Shown here in pieces: positions 1 to 8,621 of a stretch of DNA of 64,000 bases. The position numbers were made by a program, and so were the translations under genes. A model generated the notes under the pieces. That model worked only from the letters and a program-made list of their open reading frames with translations. It was not told the origin of the DNA and did no database searches. The stretch is from the NCBI GenBank assembly GCA_044338855.1, contig JBIIWP010000002.1:3796-67795 (forward strand), written 5' to 3'. Every line of letters starts with the position of its first letter. The first letter of the stretch is position 1. This stretch comes from Pseudohongiellaceae bacterium. GTDB taxonomy: Bacteria > Pseudomonadota > Gammaproteobacteria > Pseudomonadales > Pseudohongiellaceae.

Positions 1-1078
1 GTGGCACCAGCGCCGTGCGGAACGAGCCCATCAGCAACAACACCACCAGGCTGACCAGCAGGATCGTCTCGAACAGCGTGGTGAAAATCTCGCGCAGCGA
101 ATCGCGCATGTAGCGGGTACCGTCCTCGACAATGCGGATTTGCAGTCCCGCGGGCAGCGCCGCGTTTATCTCGGCGAGCCTCACATACAGCGCATCGCCG
201 ATTTCGATTTCGTTGGAGCCGGGCATGGGCCAGATCGCCAGATAGATCGTGGTGTCCTGATCAAGGCGGGCGATATCGCTGCCGCGCGTCTCACCGATCT
301 CAACACGCGCCACATCACCCAGACGCAGCACCGCGCCGCTGCGCTGCACCACCACCAGATTGCGAAAATCCTCCGCGGTCTGCAGCGTGGCATTGCTCAA
401 CAGGTTGTACTGCTGGGTGGCGTTCTCGGTCTTGCCTACGGTAGCGATGACGTTGTTGGCACGAATCGCCGCCAGCACTTCGTCGGCGCCCAGGTCCAGC
501 GCGGCCAGCCGCGCCGGATCGATCCACACACGCATGGCCGGCGCGCGGCCACCGGAGATATCCACCCGCTGCACGCCTTCGATGCCGGCCAGCAAGGGGT
601 TCACCTGGCGTTCCATGTAGTCCGTCAGTTCCTGGCGGCTCCAGCCCTCGCCCACCACGTCGAGATAGAACAGCGCGTTGGAGCGGTCGGCACGCACGAC
701 TGCGACGGCGGGATCTTCGGCGCCGTCCGGCAGTTCATAACTGATCTGGGCCAGGCGCGTGGTGAGCTCGGCCAGTGCGCGGGTGCTGTCGGCCTCCAGA
801 TCCAGCCAGGCGGTGACGCGGCTGCTGCCGGCTGTAGTTGTGGTATCGACATAATCCAAGCCGGGGATCGTCATCGCCACCTTTTCGATCGGCTCGGTGA
901 TGAAGCCCTGCACCACATCGGACGAAGCGCCGAAGTAAACCGTCGTGATCTGCAGCGACGTGCTTTCGATCTGCGGGAACTGCAGTACTGGTATCGCACG
1001 GGTCGCAAAGATGCCGGTCAGCAGGATGGCGATGGAAATGACCAGCGCCAGCGTGGGGCGCTTGACGAAGATGTCCAT
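1..1078 (-). CDS. RND (AcrB/HAE1-type) efflux permease, N-terminal ~359 codons; gene continues past the window start
   Basis: Absent from the ORF track because it has no stop in the window. Reverse translation from ATG at 1078-1076 gives MDIFVKRPTLALVISIAILLTGIFATRAIPVLQFPQIE..., a typical RND TM1 plus periplasmic porter start. Its ATG overlaps the TGA of the upstream adaptor gene (TGATG). Confidence 0.85.
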   Translation of the reverse strand, partial: MDIFVKRPTLALVISIAILLTGIFATRAIPVLQFPQIESTSLQITTVYFGASSDVVQGFITEPIEKVAMTIPGLDYVDTTTTAGSSRVTAWLDLEADSTRALAELTTRLAQISYELPDGAEDPAVAVVRADRSNALFYLDVVGEGWSRQELTDYMERQVNPLLAGIEGVQRVDISGGRAPAMRVWIDPARLAALDLGADEVLAAIRANNVIATVGKTENATQQYNLLSNATLQTAEDFRNLVVVQRSGAVLRLGDVARVEIGETRGSDIARLDQDTTIYLAIWPMPGSNEIEIGDALYVRLAEINAALPAGLQIRIVEDGTRYMRDSLREIFTTLFETILLVSLVVLLLMGSFRTALVP

Positions 1079-2193
1079 CAGGGGGCCTCTCCCGCCGCCA
1101 TGACGCGCTCACCGATGTAAACCTTGAGACCTTCATAGAGTTTGAAGGCCCCGGCGGCCGCAATGCGCGTGCCAGGCTGCAGGCCTGAGCCGTCTTCCAG
1201 CACGGCACCGGCCTCCGTTATGGCCCGCACGCGCACCTGACGGCGCTGGGCGCGCCAGACACCTTGTTCCTGTGCATCAGCATTCAGCTCAAAGACATAC
1301 TGCCCCAGCGGATCGTTCTGCAGCGCCTGCGCCGGCACCAGCAGCAGGGTTTCGCTGGTACCGACCGGTACTTGCAGTTCCACAATCGTGTGTGGCGCGT
1401 GGCGGCCGCCGTCGTTGCGTACACTGGCGCGATAGCCGCGGCTGCGGTTGGCTGCTTCCAGTATCGTGTTCTCGGCAATGATGGTCGCCGTGACCGGCGC
1501 GCTGCCGTCGTCACCGACGACGTCCACCACGAGCGTGGTGCCGGCGTTCAGGCGCGGATAGAACTGCGGCACCTGGAAGTCCACCCACATCTCGTCGCTG
1601 TCGCCGATCAGGCTGGTGATCAGCGTGTTCGCCTCCAGATACTGGCCGACCTCGAAGTTGTGCAGGCCTGCGAGACCAGCGAAGGGCGAGCGCAGCGTCT
1701 TCTTCTCGATAGTCCGTTCGAGCACGGTGATCTCCGCCTCGGTTGCCGTCAGCGTGGCGCGCGCCTGGTCCAGCAGTTCCTGCGTGGCAACGCGCTTCTC
1801 CAGCAGTTCCTGCTGGCGCTCGAACTGCAGCCGCGCCAATTCGGCGCGGGCGCGTGCCGCGCGCAGGTTGGCCTCTTCGACGGCGATGTCGAGCTGCAGC
1901 AGCACCTGACCGGCCGCCACGCGCGCGCCCGACACGAAATTCACCGCGACGATGGCGCCAGCCAGCTCGTTGCGCAGATCCAGCCGCCGCGGTGCCACCA
2001 GTTCGCCCATGACATTGAGCGTGGCCGCATACGGCATGGCGCCGACCTCCACCGCTTCCACGGTTTCGGCCGGTTCCGGATAGGCCTCACCGGCGGCAAT
2101 GCCGGCACGGATCTCGGCCACCTTGTACGCGGCCAGGCCACCGAAGACGGCGAGACAGATGCCCACGGTGAGTGACCACTTCAGGAAATTCAT
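1078..2193 (-). CDS. RND efflux periplasmic adaptor (membrane fusion protein, HlyD_D23 type)
   Basis: N-terminal anchor MNFLKWSLTVGICLAVFGGLAAY, a coiled-coil hairpin (LRAARARAELARLQFERQQELL) and a beta-barrel C-terminus. Translationally coupled to the RND permease. Confidence 0.85.
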   Translation of the reverse strand: MNFLKWSLTVGICLAVFGGLAAYKVAEIRAGIAAGEAYPEPAETVEAVEVGAMPYAATLNVMGELVAPRRLDLRNELAGAIVAVNFVSGARVAAGQVLLQLDIAVEEANLRAARARAELARLQFERQQELLEKRVATQELLDQARATLTATEAEITVLERTIEKKTLRSPFAGLAGLHNFEVGQYLEANTLITSLIGDSDEMWVDFQVPQFYPRLNAGTTLVVDVVGDDGSAPVTATIIAENTILEAANRSRGYRASVRNDGGRHAPHTIVELQVPVGTSETLLLVPAQALQNDPLGQYVFELNADAQEQGVWRAQRRQVRVRAITEAGAVLEDGSGLQPGTRIAAAGAFKLYEGLKVYIGERVMAAGEAP

Positions 2194-2366
2194 GTGCTGC
2201 GCTCCTTGGCTCCGCGGCGCCCGCTTGCGGGGCTGGGTGGGCGCCTGCAGCGCCCCACGGAAAGTACTGGCTTTACGAAAGGTTGCAGCATGCGGACTGC
2301 CACGGGCTGCAAACGGGGAGGAACTCTAGAGGAAACCGGCGGTGGCGGCCAGCAGGCAAGTGATTT

Positions 2367-3785
2367 TCACCACAGGCTGGCACTGAGCTCGACATAGAAA
2401 AAGTCCGAATCGCGTGCAGCCGCACCGGTGGCAGCGCGCTGACGTGCCTGCACGAAGTCCCCCAGCCACATGTGCGCATAACCCAGGGTCAGCGCCAGGT
2501 GCGGCAAGGGTGCCACGCGCGCGCGGAGGTCGAACTCGTCGCCAAGATCCCGGCCGCTGGCACCACTGGCGTCACGCGCTGCGGTACCGCCACCCAGCAG
2601 GTTCGGAAAGCGGTCGCGGGCACTGTCGAGGCGATAGCGGCTCAGACCGGCGTCCATGCGCAGGCCCGGCAGCGGCGTGAATTCCAGACGCAGTTTGTCG
2701 CTGATGAGATTCTCGAACACGATGTAGTCGTTGGCCGACCAGGGTCGCGCAAACCCGAAGTAGCGTTCGAAGCGGTTGTTTGCCGCATCGGTCGGCGAGC
2801 GGTCGCCTTCGGCCGCGGCGTGGAACCAGCTGAGTCGCGGCTGCCACGCGTGTTGCCAGCGATAGCCCAGCTCGGTGGTGAAGGCACGAGCATCCTGTCG
2901 GCGGCCGGCATCGCTGCCGTACTGCTCCAGCAGCGCCAGATCGTAGTCCACACCACTCGCAGCGATCCTGCCAAAGGCGCGCAGCCCCAGCGTGCGCACA
3001 TCACGCGCCACGAAGCCGTTGTCTGCCGCAGGGGTCTGGCGCAGGCGCAGGTAGTGGGGCTCCAGCACCGTCCATGCCGACCAGCGCCGCCAGGTGCCCA
3101 CCACCACATCGAGACGGCGCGCCGCGTCGCCATCGTCCTGCGTCGTGAGCTTGCGTTGTACGGGATGCAGGCGCATCGCGTCCAGTTGCCAGTCGTTGTG
3201 CTGGCTGCCGAGGGTCAGACGCAGGCCATCGAAGTTGTTGCTGGTATTGCGCCATTCATTGCGCGCCACGAGGCGCCGGTCCAGCAGCTCGAAGGCCAGG
3301 CGTCCGCCACGCAGACGCAGCGGGCGCGCGTTGCCGCGGGCATCTTCACCCAACAGCGCGGGCCACTGCAGCTCGGCAAAGGCCTGGATGGGCTCCACTT
3401 CGTTGACGTCGCGATCATCGCGCGCAAAGCGGCTGTGGTTGCGGCGCGCGTCTTCGATCTCCACCACGAACTTCAGCGGCGTATCCGGCAGCTGCAGGCC
3501 TGCATACAGTCGCGTACGCAGCAGCAGCGGATCGTCGAGTCCATTGGCCAGCGGGCGACGCAGGTCGTCGTCGCGGTATTCGTAGCGCAGTCGGTAGTCC
3601 AGGCCGAGCTCCAGCCAGGCCGGGCCTCCCTGCGTGCCGAGGTTGCGCACGTAGCGTGGCGGGTCGGTCTCGGGCTGGGTGCCGTAGCTGAACGAGTCGG
3701 CAAACCAGCTCTGCTGGGCTGCCACTGAAAAGGGTGCCAACAGCAGCATCAGGCTGCATGGCAGACGCAGGTAATTCAAAGACAT
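2367..3785 (-). CDS. Outer-membrane beta-barrel, alginate-export (AlgE-like) family
   Basis: ORF 2367..3797 starts at GTG. The internal ATG at 3785 gives the signal peptide MSLNYLRLPCSLMLLLAPFSVAAQQ. It has an alternating beta-strand pattern, a YRLRYEYRDDD motif and a C-terminal aromatic residue (ELSASLW). Family call is from memory. Confidence 0.5.
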   Translation of the reverse strand: MSLNYLRLPCSLMLLLAPFSVAAQQSWFADSFSYGTQPETDPPRYVRNLGTQGGPAWLELGLDYRLRYEYRDDDLRRPLANGLDDPLLLRTRLYAGLQLPDTPLKFVVEIEDARRNHSRFARDDRDVNEVEPIQAFAELQWPALLGEDARGNARPLRLRGGRLAFELLDRRLVARNEWRNTSNNFDGLRLTLGSQHNDWQLDAMRLHPVQRKLTTQDDGDAARRLDVVVGTWRRWSAWTVLEPHYLRLRQTPAADNGFVARDVRTLGLRAFGRIAASGVDYDLALLEQYGSDAGRRQDARAFTTELGYRWQHAWQPRLSWFHAAAEGDRSPTDAANNRFERYFGFARPWSANDYIVFENLISDKLRLEFTPLPGLRMDAGLSRYRLDSARDRFPNLLGGGTAARDASGASGRDLGDEFDLRARVAPLPHLALTLGYAHMWLGDFVQARQRAATGAAARDSDFFYVELSASLW

Positions 3786-3882
3786 GATGAGGGGCACTTC
3801 CGGGAAAGTGCCGCATTATGGCGGCTGCTGAAGCGCCGGCTAACCAACTATTCCTGCAAAGCTTAGCAGCAGAACGGGAAAC

Positions 3883-5214
3883 TCAGTGCTTCGCCAGCTC
3901 ATCTACGTTGATACTGTCCGGATCCTTGAAGGCGCGCTCCAGCTGGGCATGATCCAGCTGCCCCATCCAATGCGCCATCATCAGCGTGCCAATGCCGTTG
4001 CCGGCGAGGTTGGTCAGCGCGCGCGCCTCCGACATGAAGCGGTCGATACCGACGATCAGTGCAATGCCGGCCAGCGGGATCACGCTGTCGAACGCAGCGA
4101 GTGACGCTGCCAGCGTAACGAGCCCTGCTCCGGATACACCGGCCGCGCCGTTCGACGAGATTGTCATGAACAGCAACAGCCCGATCTGCGTCATCAGCGG
4201 CACATCGATGCCGAAGGCCTGGGCGATGAAAATCGCGCCCATCACCATGTAGATGGCGGTACCGTCGAGGTTGAACGAGTAACCGGTCGGAATCATGAGG
4301 CCGGCCACCACACGTGGCACGCCGGCCGCTTCCATTTTGGCCAGCATGCGCGGCAACACGGTCTCCGATGACGATGTGCCCAGCACGATCAGCAGCTCGT
4401 CCTTGATGTAGCGCAGGTAGCGCACGATGCTGAAGCCGGACCAGTAGCACACGGGACCGAGGATGAGAAAGAGATACAGGATGCAGCTGAGGTAGAACGT
4501 CAGCATGAACAGCCCCAGTGAGCCGAGAATCTGGGCGCCGTATTCCCCGATGGTGAAGGCCATGCCGCCCATGGCACCAAGCGGTGCCGTCCACATCACG
4601 ATGCGGATGATGCCGAACAACACGCCGGAAACCAGATCCAGCGCCTGCTCTGCGGCACGCGCCCGTTCGCCGCCCATGATCGCGATGGAACATCCTGTGA
4701 GCACGGCCAGCACCAGCACCTGCATCAGCTGCGTACCGACGAAGGCGCCGACGAAGGTGTCCGGTACCAGATCCAGCAGGAAGTCCGTCATGCTGGTACC
4801 GGCGACAGCGCCGGCACTGCGCAGCGTAGCCTCGGCTGCCGAAGCATCGAAGCTGGCCACATCGAGATCGAGCCCGGCACCAGGCTGCAACACGTTGACC
4901 ACAACGAGGCCGATGCCGATGGCGAAGACGGTGGTCAGGTTGTAGTAGATCACCGCACGCAGCGCGAGGCCCCCGGCGCGGGCCAGATCACCCATGCTGG
5001 CGATGCCAGCAGCCACGGTAGCGAAGATGGTAGGGGCGATCACCAGCTTCACCAGCTTGATGAAGAGATCCGCCATCCATTTCATGCTGGAGCCGATGGA
5101 CGGTGCGAGCACGCCGATAAGGATGCCGGTGCTGATACCGACAAGCACCCAGAAGTACAGGTGATGCCAAAGTGGCTTGCGTGCGGAGGGTTGGCTGGCT
5201 GGGGCCTGTGACAT
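3883..5214 (-). CDS. dctA: C4-dicarboxylate:cation symporter DctA (DAACS family)
   Basis: Colinear by eye with E. coli DctA: FIKLVKLVIAPTIFATV, LGTSSSETVLPRML, PTGYSFNLDGT, RFMSEARALTNLAGNG. Start chosen at ATG 5214 (MSQAP...); the ORF extends to 5292. Confidence 0.9.
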   Translation of the reverse strand: MSQAPASQPSARKPLWHHLYFWVLVGISTGILIGVLAPSIGSSMKWMADLFIKLVKLVIAPTIFATVAAGIASMGDLARAGGLALRAVIYYNLTTVFAIGIGLVVVNVLQPGAGLDLDVASFDASAAEATLRSAGAVAGTSMTDFLLDLVPDTFVGAFVGTQLMQVLVLAVLTGCSIAIMGGERARAAEQALDLVSGVLFGIIRIVMWTAPLGAMGGMAFTIGEYGAQILGSLGLFMLTFYLSCILYLFLILGPVCYWSGFSIVRYLRYIKDELLIVLGTSSSETVLPRMLAKMEAAGVPRVVAGLMIPTGYSFNLDGTAIYMVMGAIFIAQAFGIDVPLMTQIGLLLFMTISSNGAAGVSGAGLVTLAASLAAFDSVIPLAGIALIVGIDRFMSEARALTNLAGNGIGTLMMAHWMGQLDHAQLERAFKDPDSINVDELAKH

Positions 5215-5402
5215 GGCAGATATCCCGAAAAATGCAGCCGAAGAATAAGCAGATGCCCCGTCGGCGTCCAGCCTCGCCGCCCTTTCATACAATTGAATCT
5301 GCTAAGTAACGCTTACTTTCTTGGTTCGGGGTGCCTTGGGCGGTGGGTAGAGTGGCGGCCGTTGCTTGACTCTAAGCCCTTTTGAAGGACCCAGGACCCA
5401 AA

Positions 5403-7784
5403 ATGAAGAATGTCTACCGCTTCGCCGCGCTGGCACTGTCGTCCGGCGCAGCCCTCTCCGCATTCGCACAAACCGCTGCCGCACCGGCACTCGCTGCCCC
5501 TGCCGGCAACCTGCTGGTTGCTGCCAGTGGCATCGCCATTGAGGAAGTGCGCGTCACGTCCCGTCGCCGCGAGGAGCTGGCACAGGAAGTACCGATCCCC
5601 ATCACCGTGGTCAGCGGTGCACTGGTGGCCGACACCGGTGGCTTCAACGTGAACCGCATCAAGGAGCTGATCCCCTCGGTACAGCTGTACTCGTCGAACC
5701 CGCGCAACACCGCCATCAGTATCCGCGGCCAGGGCACCACCTTCGGTCTCACCAATGACGGCATCGATCCGGGTGTGGGCTTCTACATCGACGGCGTGTA
5801 CTTTGCGCGCCCTGCCATCACCACGCTGGACTTCATCGATGTGGATCGCATCGAAGTGCTGCGCGGCCCGCAGGGCACCTTGTATGGCAAGAACACCACG
5901 GCTGGCGCCTTCAACGTCACCACGCTGAAACCGCAGTTCGAGAATGACGCGCGCGTGGAATTGAGCGCGGGCAATTTTGATTTCGCGCAGATCAAGGGCA
6001 CAGTGACCGGCGGCCTCAGCGACAGCGTGGCCGGCCGCCTGTCGTTCACCTCCACCGAACGCGAAGGCAACATCAGGAACGTAGTGACGGGGCAGGATCT
6101 GAACAACCTGGAAAACTGGTCGCTGCGCGGCCAGCTGCTGTGGGAAGCCGGTGAAGGCACCGACGTGCGCCTCATCACCGAGCTGTCGCGTCAGGATCCC
6201 ACGGGCTATGCCCAGGTCTTCGCAGGTTCAGTCCCGAACAAGCGCTCCGCCTATCGCCAGTTTGAATCCATCATCGCCGATCTTGGCTATGCACCACCGA
6301 GCCGCGATCCCTTCGACCGTGTCGTGGACCACAACAGCGAATGGCGTTCGGGCAATGACATCGGCGGGGCTTCGCTGAACATCGACCACGAGATCTTCGG
6401 CGGCACGCTGACGTCCACCACGGCCTGGTACTTCTGGGACTGGCGTCCGTCCAACGACCGCGATTTCCTCGGGCTCAACGCGCTGGCGCTGTCCCAGGCA
6501 CCTTCCGACCATGAGCAGCTGACGCAGGAATTCCGCTGGGCCGGCGACCTCACCGACAGCGTAAGCGGCGTGTTCGGCGTGTTTGCCATCCAGCAGGAGC
6601 TGCAATCCGACCCCGTGCACCGCGAAGAGCTGGGCCCTGACCAGTGGCGTTTCGTGTCGCCCAATGCCGCCAGCGCAGCGCAGTACCGTACGCCCGGCCT
6701 GTTCGACGGCTTCGGCACCGACAGCAGCCCCGGTCTTGAAACCTTCAGCGCGGCGGTGTTCGGCCAACTGGATTGGCGCCTGGGTGACAACCTCAGCCTG
6801 CTGACCGGCCTGCGCTTCAATTATGACGAAAAGGATGTGAACTTCCAGCGCACCCGCAGCGGTGGCTCGGTACTCACGGACCCCGCCCTGCTGGCCCTGC
6901 GCAATGCGCAGTACAGCAACCAGAGCTTCACCTCGAAGATCGATGACGACAACGTCACCGGTACGCTGACACTTAACTACGCGCTGAACGATACCGTGAA
7001 TGTGTACGGCACCTACAGCACCGGCTTCAAGCCAGTGGGCCTCAACCTCGGTGGTCTCCCGACCGACGCTGGCCGAATCATGACTGAACTGGCCGTGATC
7101 AAGCCCGAGTACGTGCAGCACCATGAACTGGGCGTGAAGACGACTCCGCTGCCCAATGCCTGGCTGAACTTCGTTGCCTACCAGACCGATATCGAGGACT
7201 ACCAGGCGCAGGTACAAACAGCCGACATCGCGGTTAACCGCGGTTACCTCGCCAATGCCGAGGAAGTGAGGGTGCGTGGCTTCGAGATCGACGGTCGCAT
7301 CGTGTTCGGCAACTTGTCGCTGCAGGGTGCCTATGCATGGACTGATGGCAAGTACGAGTCCTTTACGAATGCACCGCTGCCGCTGGAAGAAGTGGGTTCG
7401 CCGGTGGCGTTCAAGGATATCAGCGGTGGCCTGCTGCCTGGTATCTCGAAGAATGCCGTATCGCTGAGTGGCGAGTACGCGCGCCCGTTGAACCTGCTGG
7501 GCACAAATGGCGAGTTCTTCGCCGGGGTGGACAGCTACTACCGTTCGGACTTCTCGTCGAGCCCGTCGCCGTCGCAGTTTCTCAACGTGGCCGGCTACAC
7601 CTTGCTGAATGCGCGTCTGGGCTTCCGCACTGACGACAGCTGGTCGGCCTTCCTGTGGTCACGCAACCTTACGGACAAGGACTACTTCGAACAGCTGCTG
7701 CCGGGTGCCGGCAACTATGGCCACTATGCCGCCGTCCTGGGTGATCCGCGTACCTGGGGAGCAACAGTGCGCTACACGTTCTGA
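5403..7784 (+). CDS. TonB-dependent outer-membrane receptor (paralog 1)
   Basis: Signal peptide MKNVYRFAALALSSGAALSAFAQ, plug motif VEVLRGPQGTLYGKNTTAGAFNV, and a ~790-aa barrel ending in VRYTF. Confidence 0.9.
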   Translation: MKNVYRFAALALSSGAALSAFAQTAAAPALAAPAGNLLVAASGIAIEEVRVTSRRREELAQEVPIPITVVSGALVADTGGFNVNRIKELIPSVQLYSSNPRNTAISIRGQGTTFGLTNDGIDPGVGFYIDGVYFARPAITTLDFIDVDRIEVLRGPQGTLYGKNTTAGAFNVTTLKPQFENDARVELSAGNFDFAQIKGTVTGGLSDSVAGRLSFTSTEREGNIRNVVTGQDLNNLENWSLRGQLLWEAGEGTDVRLITELSRQDPTGYAQVFAGSVPNKRSAYRQFESIIADLGYAPPSRDPFDRVVDHNSEWRSGNDIGGASLNIDHEIFGGTLTSTTAWYFWDWRPSNDRDFLGLNALALSQAPSDHEQLTQEFRWAGDLTDSVSGVFGVFAIQQELQSDPVHREELGPDQWRFVSPNAASAAQYRTPGLFDGFGTDSSPGLETFSAAVFGQLDWRLGDNLSLLTGLRFNYDEKDVNFQRTRSGGSVLTDPALLALRNAQYSNQSFTSKIDDDNVTGTLTLNYALNDTVNVYGTYSTGFKPVGLNLGGLPTDAGRIMTELAVIKPEYVQHHELGVKTTPLPNAWLNFVAYQTDIEDYQAQVQTADIAVNRGYLANAEEVRVRGFEIDGRIVFGNLSLQGAYAWTDGKYESFTNAPLPLEEVGSPVAFKDISGGLLPGISKNAVSLSGEYARPLNLLGTNGEFFAGVDSYYRSDFSSSPSPSQFLNVAGYTLLNARLGFRTDDSWSAFLWSRNLTDKDYFEQLLPGAGNYGHYAAVLGDPRTWGATVRYTF

Positions 7785-7790
7785 AAAAAC

Positions 7791-8555
7791 TCAAAGCGCC
7801 AGCACCAGACTGCTGGCCTCCACTGCCGCCTGTGCCGGCATCCCCGGCTTCAGGCCATGGCCTTGCGCGGCAAAGCCCACCAATTGCAGGCCACCGGGCA
7901 GCTCCAGCGTGAGCTCGGTGTCCTGGCGCGCCGTACCAACGCGCGCCACCACGCCATCCAGCACGTTGACCCCTTCTGCTGCTTTGATGCGAGCTGCAAT
8001 GCGCACAGCAGCTGCCTTGCACAGCAGCACCAGCGTCAGCTGTTCGGTAAGGCCAAGCAACTCCGCGCTTTCCCGCGTGATGAGAGACACCAGACGCTGG
8101 CCACCGGCGAGCTTGAGCTGCACCGCCACAGCTTCGCCACGTTTGGGCACACGTACCACCACGGCTGGCAGCTGGTTGCGCATGCTGGTGCGGAGGTTGA
8201 GCCGCTGCAGAGACTCCAGCACCGGCGCTGCGCCCGCCTTGCGCGAGAACTGCTGCAGCACCTGGTCTTTCATCGCCTGCATGCGCAGGGAGGCTTCCAG
8301 CAACTGCTCGCCTTGTTCGGTAAGACGCGCACCACCGCCGCCACTGCCGCCCACGGCTTTCTCGATGAGCGGCGCGCCCGCGAGGTTGCTGAGCGTCTCC
8401 AGTGCATGCCAGGCGGCCTTGTAGCTGATGCCGGCATCGCGTGCCGCCTGCGAAATGGAGCCCACCTCGCGAATCCGGCGCAGGATATCGATGCGCTTGT
8501 CTGCTGCGGTATGCCCCAGCGCGCTGTCGAGCGCTCCCTTCTTGTCCCTGCCCAT
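7791..8555 (-). CDS. modE: Molybdate-responsive transcriptional regulator ModE
   Basis: HTH DILRRIREVGSISQAARDAGISYKAAWHALETL plus GGSGGGGARLT, followed by two Mop/TOBE repeats (TSMRNQLPAVVV..., NVLDGVVARV...). Colinear with E. coli ModE. Confidence 0.85.
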   Translation of the reverse strand: MGRDKKGALDSALGHTAADKRIDILRRIREVGSISQAARDAGISYKAAWHALETLSNLAGAPLIEKAVGGSGGGGARLTEQGEQLLEASLRMQAMKDQVLQQFSRKAGAAPVLESLQRLNLRTSMRNQLPAVVVRVPKRGEAVAVQLKLAGGQRLVSLITRESAELLGLTEQLTLVLLCKAAAVRIAARIKAAEGVNVLDGVVARVGTARQDTELTLELPGGLQLVGFAAQGHGLKPGMPAQAAVEASSLVLAL

Positions 8556-8587
8556 GCTTGACCCCGATTTGATCGCGCTATACCTTT

Positions 8588-8612
8588 GCGCTATTCACGA
8601 CATGAATAGCGC
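8588..8612. promoter_or_regulatory. Perfect palindrome GCGCTATTCA-N5-TGAATAGCGC, candidate ModE operator (Mo-box-like)
   Basis: 10-bp perfect inverted repeat in the 66-bp modE / TonB-receptor divergent intergenic region. The CGCTAT...ATAGCG arms span 23 bp, similar to the CGnTATAT-N-ATATAnCG geometry of known ModE sites. Extra GCGCTAT copies lie at 8575-8581 and 8609-8615. Confidence 0.6.
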
Positions 8613-8621
8613 TATTGAAGC

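Noticed and set aside
140-1120. 326-aa plus-strand ORF at the window start
   Set aside because: It is an Arg/Gly/Ala/Gln-rich shadow ORF antisense to a clear RND permease N-terminus (MDIFVKRPTLALV...). It has no recognisable motifs.
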